From: Candidatus Kerfeldbacteria bacterium CG08_land_8_20_14_0_20_40_16
GTDB lineage: Bacteria > Patescibacteriota > Patescibacteriia > UM-FILTER-42-10
NCBI GenBank assembly: GCA_002774635.1
Contig: PEXU01000047.1
Location: forward strand, 1-52,591
Direction: 5' to 3'
Length of the DNA: 52,591 nucleotides
Shown here: positions 28,188 to 38,247 of the stretch, in pieces
Layout of the letters: each line of letters begins with the position of its first letter
How positions within the stretch are numbered: the first letter of the stretch is position 1
Translations under genes and position numbers: made by a program
The notes under the pieces: model-generated
Told to the model about the DNA's origin: nothing
The model's database searches: none
The model's input: the letters and a program-made list of their open reading frames with translations, nothing else

Positions 28188-28610
28188 ATGTCTAAAAAAA
28201 GAATTTATTTCCTCGCCGTTATTTTAATCACCTTGTCTTTAGTTGGTGCTGGTTGTCTTACTAAGGAAACCAGCACTGAAACAGGCCAAGTAAAAGGAGA
28301 GGCAACGGAAACAGCACAGCTCCAAGTTGATCTGGTTATTAATACCGGCAACAGCAACCTGACTTATACCATATCGGTTATTCAGGATTCAACTGTTTTA
28401 GCGCTGTTACAATCCGCTTCGGAAAAATACGGGCTGGCTCTGGAAGTTCAGGATTCTACTTATGGACCATTTGTTCAGGCGCTGGCTGGCAAAAACGGAG
28501 GCGAAGATGGTAAATACTGGATTTACTATGTTAACGGAGAAGCGGCCACCGTCGGGGTGGGGGAGCAAATCGCAAAAGATGGTGATAAAATTGAATTTAA
28601 ATTTGAGTAA
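28188..28610 (+). CDS. Lipoprotein with DUF4430-like (transcobalamin/intrinsic-factor-like) B12-binding domain
   Basis: Lipobox LVGAGC; C-terminal GKNGGEDGKYWIYYVNGEAATVG...DGDKIEF motif characteristic of DUF4430. Confidence 0.6.
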   Translation: MSKKRIYFLAVILITLSLVGAGCLTKETSTETGQVKGEATETAQLQVDLVINTGNSNLTYTISVIQDSTVLALLQSASEKYGLALEVQDSTYGPFVQALAGKNGGEDGKYWIYYVNGEAATVGVGEQIAKDGDKIEFKFE

Positions 28611-28628
28611 TTATTAATCCCTATTATT

Positions 28629-29213
28629 ATGAATAAGTTCAATCGCAAAAAATTATTTTTTGCTGTTTTGCTGATTGGCTTTGCTATCTTAGGCCGCTAT
28701 CTTTTATTGGAGGTGCCAAACGTAGAAACAATGACCGCTGCCATTCTTTTAGCCGGTGCTTTACTAGGAGGAGCATACACCCTGATCGTTCCCTTAGCGG
28801 CAGTGGCCATCTTTGATTTATTCTATGGCAACAGTTCCATTCTGATTTTCACCTGGTCCGCTTGGGCAATCATTGGTTTTTTTGGGTTGGTGCTTAAAGG
28901 AAGGACCAAAAGCGCCTGGAAGTTTACGGCCGGTTTAACAGGAATGGGAATGGTTGCTTCTCTTTTTTTCTATTTTTGGACCAATTTTGGGGTCTGGCTG
29001 ATTGGTAATTGGTATCCTAAAACGACCAATGGTCTGTTAAACTGCTTTTTGGCTGGTGTTCCCTTTTTGAAATGGCAGATTATTGGAAACCTGATTTTGG
29101 TTCCGGTTTCTGGATTAGCCTTTCATTTTCTTTTTGAAAAAATCAGAATGGCTAAACTAAAGCTGTTATTTATCCCCACACCAAGAACGTCCCACCCTTC
29201 GAAACGGGGGTAA
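28629..29213 (+). CDS. Small polytopic membrane protein, candidate cobalamin transporter substrate-capture component (ECF S-component/CbrT- or BtuM-like)
   Basis: ~190 aa with 5-6 transmembrane helices, co-transcribed behind the B12 riboswitch. Confidence 0.4.
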   Translation: MNKFNRKKLFFAVLLIGFAILGRYLLLEVPNVETMTAAILLAGALLGGAYTLIVPLAAVAIFDLFYGNSSILIFTWSAWAIIGFFGLVLKGRTKSAWKFTAGLTGMGMVASLFFYFWTNFGVWLIGNWYPKTTNGLLNCFLAGVPFLKWQIIGNLILVPVSGLAFHFLFEKIRMAKLKLLFIPTPRTSHPSKRG

Positions 29214-29330
29214 AAGGGAGATTGAACTTTCCTAAAAAATGTCCCATTTTCAGAATGAGGTGTGGGGATTTACTAAAGAAACAAACAGAGCTAAAATTGA
29301 TTAGGTTATCATTATTATAGAGATCAAATT

Positions 29331-30851
29331 ATGAAAGCCAGGCGATTTTATCCAGTAATTGTTGGTATTTTAGCAAGTTTTAGCTTAATTATTTATTCTG
29401 TTAAACCTCAAGAAAGTTCTGCTGCCGAGCTTGCCCAATCCGCTACCAGAATCCGGATCGATCAAAATACGATTAAAAAAGGCTTTACCGTGGAACACGC
29501 CAGCGGTAATTTTCGTTTTGCCGTTACTCCCGGGCAGGTTGATCAGGAAGTAAGCATTGTGTTGAAAAATGAAACTGTTTTTAATGCTCCCTTGCCCGCC
29601 GGAAAGAAAGCGGTCAGCCCCTTTTATTCCTTCGGAGTAAAAGGAATGGACCATAACCCGGTTATTGTAGAAAAGCCTTATTGGGTGGCCATGCACTATA
29701 CTTCAGATAATTCCATTGCCCCCAAAGCTATTTACAACTGGGACAGTAATAAAAACAGCTGGATGAGAATGCCCTCCGGCGTGAATCTAGAAGCCCAAGA
29801 AGTACGAGCAATTTCCCATTTGCCTTTTTCTTGGGTGGTAGTTTTAGAGGATACCAATACTTTGCAGGGCAGAGCCAGTTGGTTCCCTTCTTCCCAAGGG
29901 TTAGTTGCTGCCAGTAACGATTTTCCTCTGGGTACCGAGCTGACAGTGATCAACTTGGCTAACAATAAAGCTGTGGTAGTAAAGGTTGTTTCTACGGGCC
30001 CTTTCGTAGCCGATCGGATTATTGATTTGTCTGATGATGCTTTCCAAGAACTGACGACGCTTTCGGAAGGAGTGATTGAAGTTAAAGTCCAGCCGGCAAT
30101 AGCCAGTCCAGCTGTGGTTAGTATTGATTCTCCTTCGGGTATTTTGATTGATGCGGGTTCCGGCCAGGTTCTTTGGGAAAAGAATGCTAAAGAGGTGCGT
30201 TCCATTGCCAGTATTACTAAACTGATGACCGCAATGATCTTTTTGGACACTAACACCTCTTTTGATAAAGTAGTCGCCATGGAGCAGTCAGATATGGCTA
30301 GCGGTTCCAATTTACAAGTAAGTGCCGGCGAAACTCTGAAGGTACAAGATTTGTTTTACTCTATGCTGGTCGGTTCTGCTAATAATGCCAGTTTGGCTCT
30401 GGCTCGTTCCACTGGGCTATCGCAAGAGGAATTTGTCAGCCGGATGAATGCCAAAGCCCAAAACTTAGGGCTAACTAACACTCATTTTGTTGAACCATCT
30501 GGCCTTAATCCCGATAACAAATCAACGGTTCACGACGTGGTTTTGTTTTCTAAGGAAGCTCTGAAGTCTTTTTCCATGCTCCAAGGAACCACCACCAAAG
30601 AATATACCTTTACCACCATCAACCGCGGCGTTTTTCATAGAATAAAAAACACTAATGAACTGCTCGATTCCTCGCTTTACGTTACCGGCGGAAAAACCGG
30701 CTATTTGGACGAAGCCGGCTACTGCTTAATGGCCAAAGCCAAAAACAGTCAGGGTCGCGAGGTAATCGCGGTTACCTTGAGTGCGACTACCTCTAGTTCA
30801 AGATTCAGTGATACCGAGAAATTGCTTCGATGGGGGTTAGGTACTCCTTAA
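29331..30851 (+). CDS. Secreted fusion protein: N-terminal domain + RlpA-like double-psi beta-barrel + D-alanyl-D-alanine carboxypeptidase (PBP5/6 family)
   Basis: DPBB motif GRASWFP...TELTVINLANNKAVVVKVVSTGPFVADRIIDLSDDAF; SxxK (SITK), SGSN and KTG motifs. Confidence 0.75.
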   Translation: MKARRFYPVIVGILASFSLIIYSVKPQESSAAELAQSATRIRIDQNTIKKGFTVEHASGNFRFAVTPGQVDQEVSIVLKNETVFNAPLPAGKKAVSPFYSFGVKGMDHNPVIVEKPYWVAMHYTSDNSIAPKAIYNWDSNKNSWMRMPSGVNLEAQEVRAISHLPFSWVVVLEDTNTLQGRASWFPSSQGLVAASNDFPLGTELTVINLANNKAVVVKVVSTGPFVADRIIDLSDDAFQELTTLSEGVIEVKVQPAIASPAVVSIDSPSGILIDAGSGQVLWEKNAKEVRSIASITKLMTAMIFLDTNTSFDKVVAMEQSDMASGSNLQVSAGETLKVQDLFYSMLVGSANNASLALARSTGLSQEEFVSRMNAKAQNLGLTNTHFVEPSGLNPDNKSTVHDVVLFSKEALKSFSMLQGTTTKEYTFTTINRGVFHRIKNTNELLDSSLYVTGGKTGYLDEAGYCLMAKAKNSQGREVIAVTLSATTSSSRFSDTEKLLRWGLGTP

Positions 30852-30857
30852 TCAAGT

Positions 30858-32837
30858 TTGCTTATGGGAAACGAGTCAGTACCGAAAAGCGACAAAGGGC
30901 TTTCGAATAATTCAAAAAGGGCAATAATTTTCAGTACCCTTTTTATTTTTACCTTATTCTGGTTTTCCCCCTCTTTTAAAGTGGGATTTTTAGCGGACGA
31001 TTACGATTTTTTGGAACATACTATCCAGGCCGAAGAAACCGGCCACCCGCTTTTAGCTTTGTTGAATACTTCCATTGGTGGAATTTCGTTTTATCGGCCA
31101 GTAATCAATCTTTCTTTCGGACTGGGTTATCAATTTTTTAACTTCAATCCCTTAGGATACCATTTAACCAATATTATCATTTTTGGGATAAGTGTTGGTT
31201 TGTTTAGTCTTTTAATTGATTTTCTTTTTAACCGCCAGTTGCTTGGTTTTATGGCCGGCCTTTTATTTTTAGTAAATCCGTTTAGTGCCGAGAGCGTAGT
31301 TTGGATTGCGGGCCGGACTGATCTAATTATGCAGTTATTTTTGCTTCTTAGTCTAATTTTCTTTTTGTTGCTACGGAAACAATTTAAATATTTCTGGCTG
31401 CTTGGCTTTGTTCTGGCGTCTTTATTATGTATTTTCAGCAAAGAAAACGGAATTATCATTGCCGGCCTTATTTTTTTAATCGACCTTTTTTGGTTTAATT
31501 TAATTAGCAAAATAAAGCGGGGTTCTTTAAAGGAGCGTTGGCGACTGTTAGCCCCCTATTTTTTAATAGGGCTGGTAATAATTTTGTTTTTTATCGGCCG
31601 CTACCTGGTATTAGGCCATTTCATTCTTCAGCATAATGAATTTGGCTATCCTAATTTCAGAATGCCCGGATTAAGGGATGTTTATCTGTTTTTCTTTTAT
31701 TTTGTCAAAGGCATTATGCCCAGCAGCGGATTTGAATGGCTGGGCATTCCTTCTAAGATTTTTTACGGTTTATATTCCCTAAGCATGCTGGCTGGATTGT
31801 TTTCTTTGGCCGCTTTAATTTACAAAAAAGCATTTCCCTTCCTGAATCGTTTGATTTTTGCCGGGCTATTCACCTTTTTCTTAGTTCTGCCAGTTTTAGG
31901 ATTTGTCCGTTTTGTTACCGCTGACCATCAAAATGCTCGTTTTCTTTTTGTGCCCGCGCTTGGCATCATTCTATTCATCATTACGCTCTATGGTATTTTT
32001 CCTAAAAGCGGTCTGCGGCTATTAAGAATGAGCGCGCTTGGCTTGATTATCATTTTGTGGGGAGCAACTTCTTGGTACGTTCAGATTCCCTTTAAAAATG
32101 CCAGTGATACTTTAAGAGGGGTTTTTGATAAATTTGAGCAACAAATAATGCCGGAAATCCGAACAGTAGCACAACCCGCTATCTTGCTGGCAAATTTGCC
32201 CCAAGTGCGCCGTGGGGTTTATGTCACTCCGTCAGATATCGATTTGGCGCTGCAAATAAAGTTTCCCCAATTAAAATCCGCGGAGATTCAAATGTACGGC
32301 ATTGTTCCGTTAGCAGACTCGGCAATTTGCCAGATCCAGAATGGCGAAAGAAACCCAGTCACCCTGTTTGCCTATCTTTGGCAAAATGATCAGTTTGTTT
32401 CTTCTGAAATAAGAGAAAGAGTTTCTTTTTCCCCGCGCGATCCGGTATCTTTAGGCGGAGCTTTGAATGAAAATAATCAATCGGTGGAATTCCCTGCCGT
32501 TGTTGACCATCAGAAATCAATAGTTTGGAACTATAAGGGAGAGGCTTTTGATCCGGCTAACCTTAAAGAATTAATAATTCCGATCAATTCCTGGGAAGGG
32601 GAATTAAGCGGTGCCTCCTCGCATATCCGTTTCCGCTTTAGCTTTGGAGATAAACTGAATAATGACCGGATGCTGGCTATTTCAGTAAAACAGGAGGATT
32701 TAGACCAAGGGATGATTCGCTTGCCGTTGTGTCCCTACCCTCGATTTTATGATACTTACCCAATTAAAAAATTGTCATTAGAATGGTTGGGATTCGAGAA
32801 TGCCAAAATAGAAGTAGGCGCTCCTGAATTTCGTTAA
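30858..32837 (+). CDS. Large polytopic membrane protein with C-terminal extracytoplasmic domain (GT-C-fold glycosyltransferase-like)
   Basis: Multiple N-terminal transmembrane helices, soluble C-terminal ~250 aa. Confidence 0.35.
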   Translation: MLMGNESVPKSDKGLSNNSKRAIIFSTLFIFTLFWFSPSFKVGFLADDYDFLEHTIQAEETGHPLLALLNTSIGGISFYRPVINLSFGLGYQFFNFNPLGYHLTNIIIFGISVGLFSLLIDFLFNRQLLGFMAGLLFLVNPFSAESVVWIAGRTDLIMQLFLLLSLIFFLLLRKQFKYFWLLGFVLASLLCIFSKENGIIIAGLIFLIDLFWFNLISKIKRGSLKERWRLLAPYFLIGLVIILFFIGRYLVLGHFILQHNEFGYPNFRMPGLRDVYLFFFYFVKGIMPSSGFEWLGIPSKIFYGLYSLSMLAGLFSLAALIYKKAFPFLNRLIFAGLFTFFLVLPVLGFVRFVTADHQNARFLFVPALGIILFIITLYGIFPKSGLRLLRMSALGLIIILWGATSWYVQIPFKNASDTLRGVFDKFEQQIMPEIRTVAQPAILLANLPQVRRGVYVTPSDIDLALQIKFPQLKSAEIQMYGIVPLADSAICQIQNGERNPVTLFAYLWQNDQFVSSEIRERVSFSPRDPVSLGGALNENNQSVEFPAVVDHQKSIVWNYKGEAFDPANLKELIIPINSWEGELSGASSHIRFRFSFGDKLNNDRMLAISVKQEDLDQGMIRLPLCPYPRFYDTYPIKKLSLEWLGFENAKIEVGAPEFR

Positions 32838-32849
32838 TAAATAAAATCT

Positions 32850-34502
32850 GTGTTTACCTATCTAAATAAAATTACAAAAGACAGGTACCTATTGATATTT
32901 ATCGGGTTAGTCGTGGCCTTGGTTATTTTTAATATCCTTTGGATTATAAAAGATCAGAGCCCTCCGCTTTGGGATATGGCCGCTCATTCCGCCCGCTCAG
33001 TGGACTTCGGCAAATTCATCCAGGGCTTTCACCCGCGCGCTATTTTAAATTACGTTTCTATTTATCCGCCGTTTACTTATCTGTTAACGGGCAGTTTGTA
33101 TTCTATCCTAGGCTTTTCTGAAGACATTCCCCAGTTTTCTTTGCTAATTTACCTGATAGTTTATTTAGTAAGTATCTATGGGATTGCCCATAAGCTTTTC
33201 AGTAGAAAAAGCGTGGCCTTGTTCGCGGTATTTTTAGCGTCAGTCTATCCTTTGCTAGTTCATTTTTCCAGAATATACGATCTGGATTTCCCTCTAACGG
33301 CCTTACTCGCTTTGTCCTTATACGCCTTATTAAGAACAGGCTATTTTACCAATCTCAAATGGTCTGTTGCTTTGGGCGTTATCGTTGCTCTGGGCATGCT
33401 TACTAAGTGGACTTTTGTTATTTTTTTCCTTGGCCCTTTAGTGGTCTACCTGTTTGCTTTCAAAAAAACCAATGATAGTTTGGCAGAAAACGAACTATCC
33501 CGAAAGGTTTTTAGGAGAAATCTGCTAATGGCGGTAATGGTGGCGCTTGTTATCGCTGTTCCGTGGTATTGGCAGAATTTTTTTGATGTTCTAAAATCCA
33601 GCATTGCTACCCGTAATAATGTTTTCTCAGTTCCTTACGAAAACATTATTAGCATCGGCAATATTAATTATTACATCCTAAAAACAATTAAAAGCGTCAC
33701 TTGGCCGCTTGCCCTGCTGATGCTGACGGGCATTATTTTTTCTTTTCTGCGGCACAAAAAAGAAGACTGGTTTTTGCTGAGCTGGATTCTGTTACCTTAT
33801 TTTTTAATGACTTTTTTAATCTATTCCAAAGAAAGCCGCTATTTTTTGCCGGAGTATCCTGCCTTGGCAATAATTTCAGCCGGTACTATTCTTTCGCTCA
33901 AAAAAATCTGGCTTAAAAGGACTTTAGTTATTGGCGGAGTGATCATTGGAATATTTATCTGGATAGAAACTTCTTGGGGAATTCTTTTTCTACCCTGGAA
34001 GTTTTACCAGCAAATAGGGTTTTTTAGAACTTATGGCTATTTTGTCCCCTCTACCGAAGATGTGGGATACGGCTTTACCCGCCCGACCCAATACCAGACA
34101 GCAATTAAAGAAATTCCCCGTGCTATTCTGGCCGATCGGAGCAAGAGAAAAGTATCGGCAGAAAGCCCAAGTAAGATTTTAGTTGTACCGAACAGCATTT
34201 TCTTGACCGCTGCCCAAATTCAGTTTTATGGCAATCTGATCGGTTTAAAAGCCGATTATAGTTTAAGTTCTAAAGTAAGAGTTAAGGATTTTAGAAAATT
34301 TCTGCCCCAGGCGGACTACATTATCACAAAAACAGGTGATCAAGGCCCCAGCATCTGGTCGCCTCATTTAAAGGATATCCAAGAGGAATCAGAAAATCCT
34401 GAAAGCGAGATTTTTAGTAAGTACGAACTGATAGATACTTGGCCTTTAAACGGAATTGAAGCGGAAAATCAAACAGCAAGACTTTATCGCAGGAAGGACT
34501 AA
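32850..34502 (+). CDS. Polytopic membrane protein, GT-C family glycosyltransferase-like (ArnT/PMT-like)
   Basis: Multi-transmembrane N-terminus with an early periplasmic loop PPLWDMAAH, plus a C-terminal soluble domain. Confidence 0.4.
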   Translation: MFTYLNKITKDRYLLIFIGLVVALVIFNILWIIKDQSPPLWDMAAHSARSVDFGKFIQGFHPRAILNYVSIYPPFTYLLTGSLYSILGFSEDIPQFSLLIYLIVYLVSIYGIAHKLFSRKSVALFAVFLASVYPLLVHFSRIYDLDFPLTALLALSLYALLRTGYFTNLKWSVALGVIVALGMLTKWTFVIFFLGPLVVYLFAFKKTNDSLAENELSRKVFRRNLLMAVMVALVIAVPWYWQNFFDVLKSSIATRNNVFSVPYENIISIGNINYYILKTIKSVTWPLALLMLTGIIFSFLRHKKEDWFLLSWILLPYFLMTFLIYSKESRYFLPEYPALAIISAGTILSLKKIWLKRTLVIGGVIIGIFIWIETSWGILFLPWKFYQQIGFFRTYGYFVPSTEDVGYGFTRPTQYQTAIKEIPRAILADRSKRKVSAESPSKILVVPNSIFLTAAQIQFYGNLIGLKADYSLSSKVRVKDFRKFLPQADYIITKTGDQGPSIWSPHLKDIQEESENPESEIFSKYELIDTWPLNGIEAENQTARLYRRKD

Positions 34503-34544
34503 ATATCCTTACATTGGGAATCAAGGCAAATGTATCCTCGCCCA

Positions 34545-34580
34545 CGGGGAATGAGTGATATGGGCGTCCTTCAAAAGGGC
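34545..34580 (+). terminator. Rho-independent terminator
   Basis: gggcgtccttcaaaagggcgtttttt. Confidence 0.5.
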
Positions 34581-34899
34581 GTTTTTTAATTGCATGATTA
34601 CTGTTTTTGGAGATAAAATAAAAATCCTCCCACACCATTGACCCCATTAGAGATTTCCATAATCAAACCTTAGTATATTCTTGGTTTGAATCAGATAATT
34701 TGAAATACTTAGGTTAATATTCATTTTATCTCTAACGGGATTGACAAATTCTACAAAGTATGATAGGGTGATCTGTTACACTTACCTGTTTTTTAAACGG
34801 GTTTGCTCGTAACGCGTTCGTTGAAAATTGGTTACAAAACCTAGCAATCTTGTAAGTAATGTTGATAAAGAAATAAAAAAAGAGAGAAAGGAGGCAGAA

Positions 34900-36732
34900 A
34901 TGCCTACGAATCCAACAGTTCCAGAAACCGGTGAAGCTTCTACTTCCCCAAAAACCAAGAGGAAGAAAAAAGGCCTTTTCCTTTGGGCTGAAATCTTAAG
35001 GTGGGTGCTTTTCGGACTGATTGTTCTAATTAGCCTCATCTCAAGCCTAAGCTCTGGTAAAGCCGTAGACCTGATCGTGGCCTTGGTGACAATTATTATT
35101 TCTGCTGCCGTGTTGTGGGTTTTAGTTCCGATTCTGGTCAGGAGAATGGCGGACCAAGGATTGTTTTTTCTGCGGGTTCCGGAAATGAGAGCCGCGCTAA
35201 TTCTGTGCGACAAAGTAATCCACAAAATCCTCATTTCTGCTTCCGAGAAACATCGGACAAGGTTTGATGGATTAGTGACGGAGAAGGGGGTTAAGGGAGT
35301 AAAACTACAAGTACTGGAATCCGGTCAGGGGCTGGTTTGGATGGGAGTACCCTGGAAGTACCAGCGGTATGAGTGGTATGAGAAATCCGACGAGGAAAAA
35401 AATCCCGAGATTGATCCTCAAACTCTGCTCGTACTTTCCGAGCGGATTTTCGATTTTACGCCGCCCGACGTTGATACTGCCGAACCGATAGAGATCCATG
35501 CCAAGTTGACGGTTTACTTCTATATCTATGACCCTTACAAAGCGCTTTTCGGAGTGCGGTACTACCTCGAAGCCCTTGCGCTGGAAATTGCTTCGCGTTG
35601 GCGCAAGGTCATATCTCTACTGCACTATTTTCAGTACATCAGAGCGGAAGAAGGCAAGTCGGATCTTAAGGGCAAAACAGTGGGACAAGTCTCGGCACTT
35701 ATTATGGAGTCAATGGAAGTTGACCCCGAGATTATCAAGTTGGCCCATCGTCGGCTGCTCACTGATTTGTGGCTGGCGGCGATGAAGAAAAAACTCTACT
35801 TCGACTCAGAAGGAAACCTCCAGGAAAACAAAAGAGAAGAAGAAGCGGTTCCCTGGGACATCACCGACCCGCTCGTTTTAGACGGGAAGACTGGAAAGAA
35901 CAGCGAATTCGACGTGTACGACGACTTTACTGCCATGCCTGGTAATCGTGTCTACGTGAAGGACAACGGCGAGGTAAAAGAATCGGTCGATGGTACCACG
36001 GTAAACCTGAAGCCTCTGAAGCCTCAGCCCGGTGAACAAAATCCGGTGGTCGATCTTGTTCACAAGGTCGTATACACCTACACCCAAACATCTGAAGGAA
36101 AAAAAGAGGTGAAAAGGGTGTTTTACAAACTGGGCATTCCGCCCAGCAAAGCTGTCCGCCGGATTTTTGAAGACTGGGGAGTCGTGCTCAAAGACGTCGA
36201 AGTCACTGACATCGAGCCAAAAGAAATAGCCATTAGAGAAGCTCTGTCTGAAAGACTTAAGGCCAGAGCCGCGGCCATGGCTGTGAAAGAAACGGCCGCG
36301 GGTCATAAAGCCAAAGACATTCTGGAAGGAGAAGGAGTAAAACAGAGGACGATTCTGGAGGGAGAGGGTCAGAGAGAGGCAAGGAGACTAGCGCTTGTCG
36401 GAGATGCCGAAGGGTTTACGGCACAAATAAAAGCCCTTGGACTTTCTCAAGGAAAAGAAGCAAGCATTGTTCTAATTGCCGAGCAAATGCGGAGAATCAC
36501 CGAAAAAACCCAGATGACCGTAATGGCTGGTAGTGGCGCAGGTTGGACCGATCTTTTCGGAAGCATTCCCCTCATAAAAGACCTCTGGTCAGGGAAGCCG
36601 CAAACCTCAGAATCCTTCATCGGCACCTTATCCAGCATGTCAGAAGCGGATCTGGCAAAGGTGAAAAGTGAACTTGCCAGAATCGATAGCAGCGTTGAAA
36701 AAGAAAAGCAGAAAACTGATAAAACTGAATGA
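34900..36732 (+). CDS. SPFH/band-7 (flotillin/YqiK-like) membrane protein; start taken at the Met preceded by a strong Shine-Dalgarno site
   Basis: aaggagg-7nt-ATG at 34900; N-terminal transmembrane helices; SPFH-like core; C-terminal Ala/Glu-rich flotillin-type repeats. Confidence 0.55.
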   Translation: MPTNPTVPETGEASTSPKTKRKKKGLFLWAEILRWVLFGLIVLISLISSLSSGKAVDLIVALVTIIISAAVLWVLVPILVRRMADQGLFFLRVPEMRAALILCDKVIHKILISASEKHRTRFDGLVTEKGVKGVKLQVLESGQGLVWMGVPWKYQRYEWYEKSDEEKNPEIDPQTLLVLSERIFDFTPPDVDTAEPIEIHAKLTVYFYIYDPYKALFGVRYYLEALALEIASRWRKVISLLHYFQYIRAEEGKSDLKGKTVGQVSALIMESMEVDPEIIKLAHRRLLTDLWLAAMKKKLYFDSEGNLQENKREEEAVPWDITDPLVLDGKTGKNSEFDVYDDFTAMPGNRVYVKDNGEVKESVDGTTVNLKPLKPQPGEQNPVVDLVHKVVYTYTQTSEGKKEVKRVFYKLGIPPSKAVRRIFEDWGVVLKDVEVTDIEPKEIAIREALSERLKARAAAMAVKETAAGHKAKDILEGEGVKQRTILEGEGQREARRLALVGDAEGFTAQIKALGLSQGKEASIVLIAEQMRRITEKTQMTVMAGSGAGWTDLFGSIPLIKDLWSGKPQTSESFIGTLSSMSEADLAKVKSELARIDSSVEKEKQKTDKTE

Positions 36733-36792
36733 ACCAAAAGCGGGCGCTGGCCGGTTGCTGGCGCCCACTTTTCCTACTTTAGGAGGTAAGAT

Positions 36793-37764
36793 ATGTTTGT
36801 AGTAATGATTGTCGTGCTGATGGTGTCTGCTGCTATTGTGATGACGTTTTTGCTCATCGGAAAAGCGGCAACACCAAGCCAGAGAAGAACGGCGGCTGAA
36901 ACGTCTCCTACAGATGTGACACAAAATCCGAATTGGCTTAGTCGTCGCTGGAAAAGGATTCGCGGCAATAAACCCTTCAAAGAATGGATGCGCACGTGGG
37001 GGACCTTCGGATGCTGGGTGTCTTTCTGGGCCGCCGAAATAATTTTGGTCGAGGTGAACAATCCGGGGTTCTGGAAGAAACTGTTGTTCGGCTGGGACTT
37101 TATGACTGTTGGCTTCTGGGTGATGCACGTTATTTTCATTTGGACCTTGGGAACCTGGGGTTCGGGGAAAAGCAAGGGAGCCCGGAAGTTTTCGGTTCTC
37201 CTATGCAACGTAGTATGGATCGGGCTCTTCGTGTTTTTTCAGAGCCAGATCCTAAATATTCCCTATTCTGATTGGTTATTTCGGAATGTGCTAAAAAACA
37301 GTAACCAGTCAGCCACTACGCAGACATACACCACGCCAGCAAACTACGAGAACTATATTGCTAGTCCAGCTCCTGGTATGATAATTGCCGGAGTGGTGCC
37401 AGAGGGTAAAGCGCCGGATGGCTCCTGGAAACTGCAGTATGTCTGCGATCTGAAGCCGGGTGAGAACCTCATTACCATTACCGAGGTAAACGGTCGTATC
37501 CGGGCGAACGGTCGCTACACTCGGTTTGAGAGCGAAAAGCTCTACGCCGATGTAGTGCGAGGCCCTCGCGATTGGGAATCAATTGAGATTTCTGACGAGG
37601 AAAGCCCACTTCGGCTCGCAGTGGGAAACCGACTGGTCCTGATCGCCGGCCCGGGCGAGGTACGGATGACTGTAACCAAGCTGACCCCCTTGTATGCCTA
37701 TATTGAGGCAGAACAGGGCGGTTCGGGAATCGTTCAACTTAAACTAACGGTGAGATCGAGCTAA
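36793..37764 (+). CDS. NfeD-like membrane protein (N-terminal transmembrane helices + C-terminal beta-barrel), probable partner of the SPFH protein
   Basis: Domain architecture and its operon position directly after the SPFH gene. Confidence 0.4.
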   Translation: MFVVMIVVLMVSAAIVMTFLLIGKAATPSQRRTAAETSPTDVTQNPNWLSRRWKRIRGNKPFKEWMRTWGTFGCWVSFWAAEIILVEVNNPGFWKKLLFGWDFMTVGFWVMHVIFIWTLGTWGSGKSKGARKFSVLLCNVVWIGLFVFFQSQILNIPYSDWLFRNVLKNSNQSATTQTYTTPANYENYIASPAPGMIIAGVVPEGKAPDGSWKLQYVCDLKPGENLITITEVNGRIRANGRYTRFESEKLYADVVRGPRDWESIEISDEESPLRLAVGNRLVLIAGPGEVRMTVTKLTPLYAYIEAEQGGSGIVQLKLTVRSS

Positions 37765-37774
37765 TGCTCGTTCT

Positions 37775-37818
37775 CAAGGCGGGGCGCGTGCTTTCGAAAG
37801 AGAGTGCCGCCCCTTTTT
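37775..37818 (+). terminator. Rho-independent terminator
   Basis: ggcggggcgcgtg...gccgcccctttttt. Confidence 0.55.
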
Positions 37819-37943
37819 TATTTTTGCTCTAAAACAAAAATTCCCATAAAGGGATATAGTATTTCGGAAAGTTTGTTACTGGTACTAGGGGTGGGGATTG
37901 TCACCCCGTACCAAAAAATATTATTGCTAAACAGTAAAGTATG

Positions 37944-38019
37944 TGGTAGCGGGGGTGGGGATTGAACCCACGACCTTGGGCTTATGAGTCCCACGCTCTA
38001 CCAACTGAGCTACCCCGCC
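37944..38019 (-). tRNA. tRNA-Met (CAT), elongator-type, CCA encoded
   Basis: GGCGGGGTAGCTCAGTTGGTAGAGCGTGGGACTCATAAGCCCAAGGTCGTGGGTTCAATCCCCACCCCCGCTACCA folds as a canonical cloverleaf. Confidence 0.85.
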
Positions 38020-38074
38020 TTAAAGTAGTTTTGAGTATTATTGCTAATTTAATGTAATCTTATATTTTTGCTAC

Positions 38075-38240
38075 GGGGTGAAAGTCCCACGCTCTTCCTG
38101 GGTGCTTAAGGTCACCTTTGGTGACATCTCCGCACCCGTCTCGGCGCTCGCCAAGACAAGTAAGTTGTCTTGCTTTCCGCGCCTCGACCCAACTGAGCCC
38201 GTCCGCCTCGGCTACGCCGAAGGCGTGCCGGGCGGGCTAC
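38075..38240 (-). other. Degenerate tRNA-Met-like duplicate (acceptor 5' strand + D-arm + anticodon-stem 5' strand) interrupted in the D-loop by a ~95-nt GC-rich hairpin-rich insertion
   Basis: GGCGGACGGGCTCAGTTGG-[insertion with hairpins ggtcacc/ggtgacc and caagaca/tgtcttg]-AGAGCGTGGGACT matches the tRNA-Met 5' half. Confidence 0.5.
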
Positions 38241-38247
38241 CCTGGCT

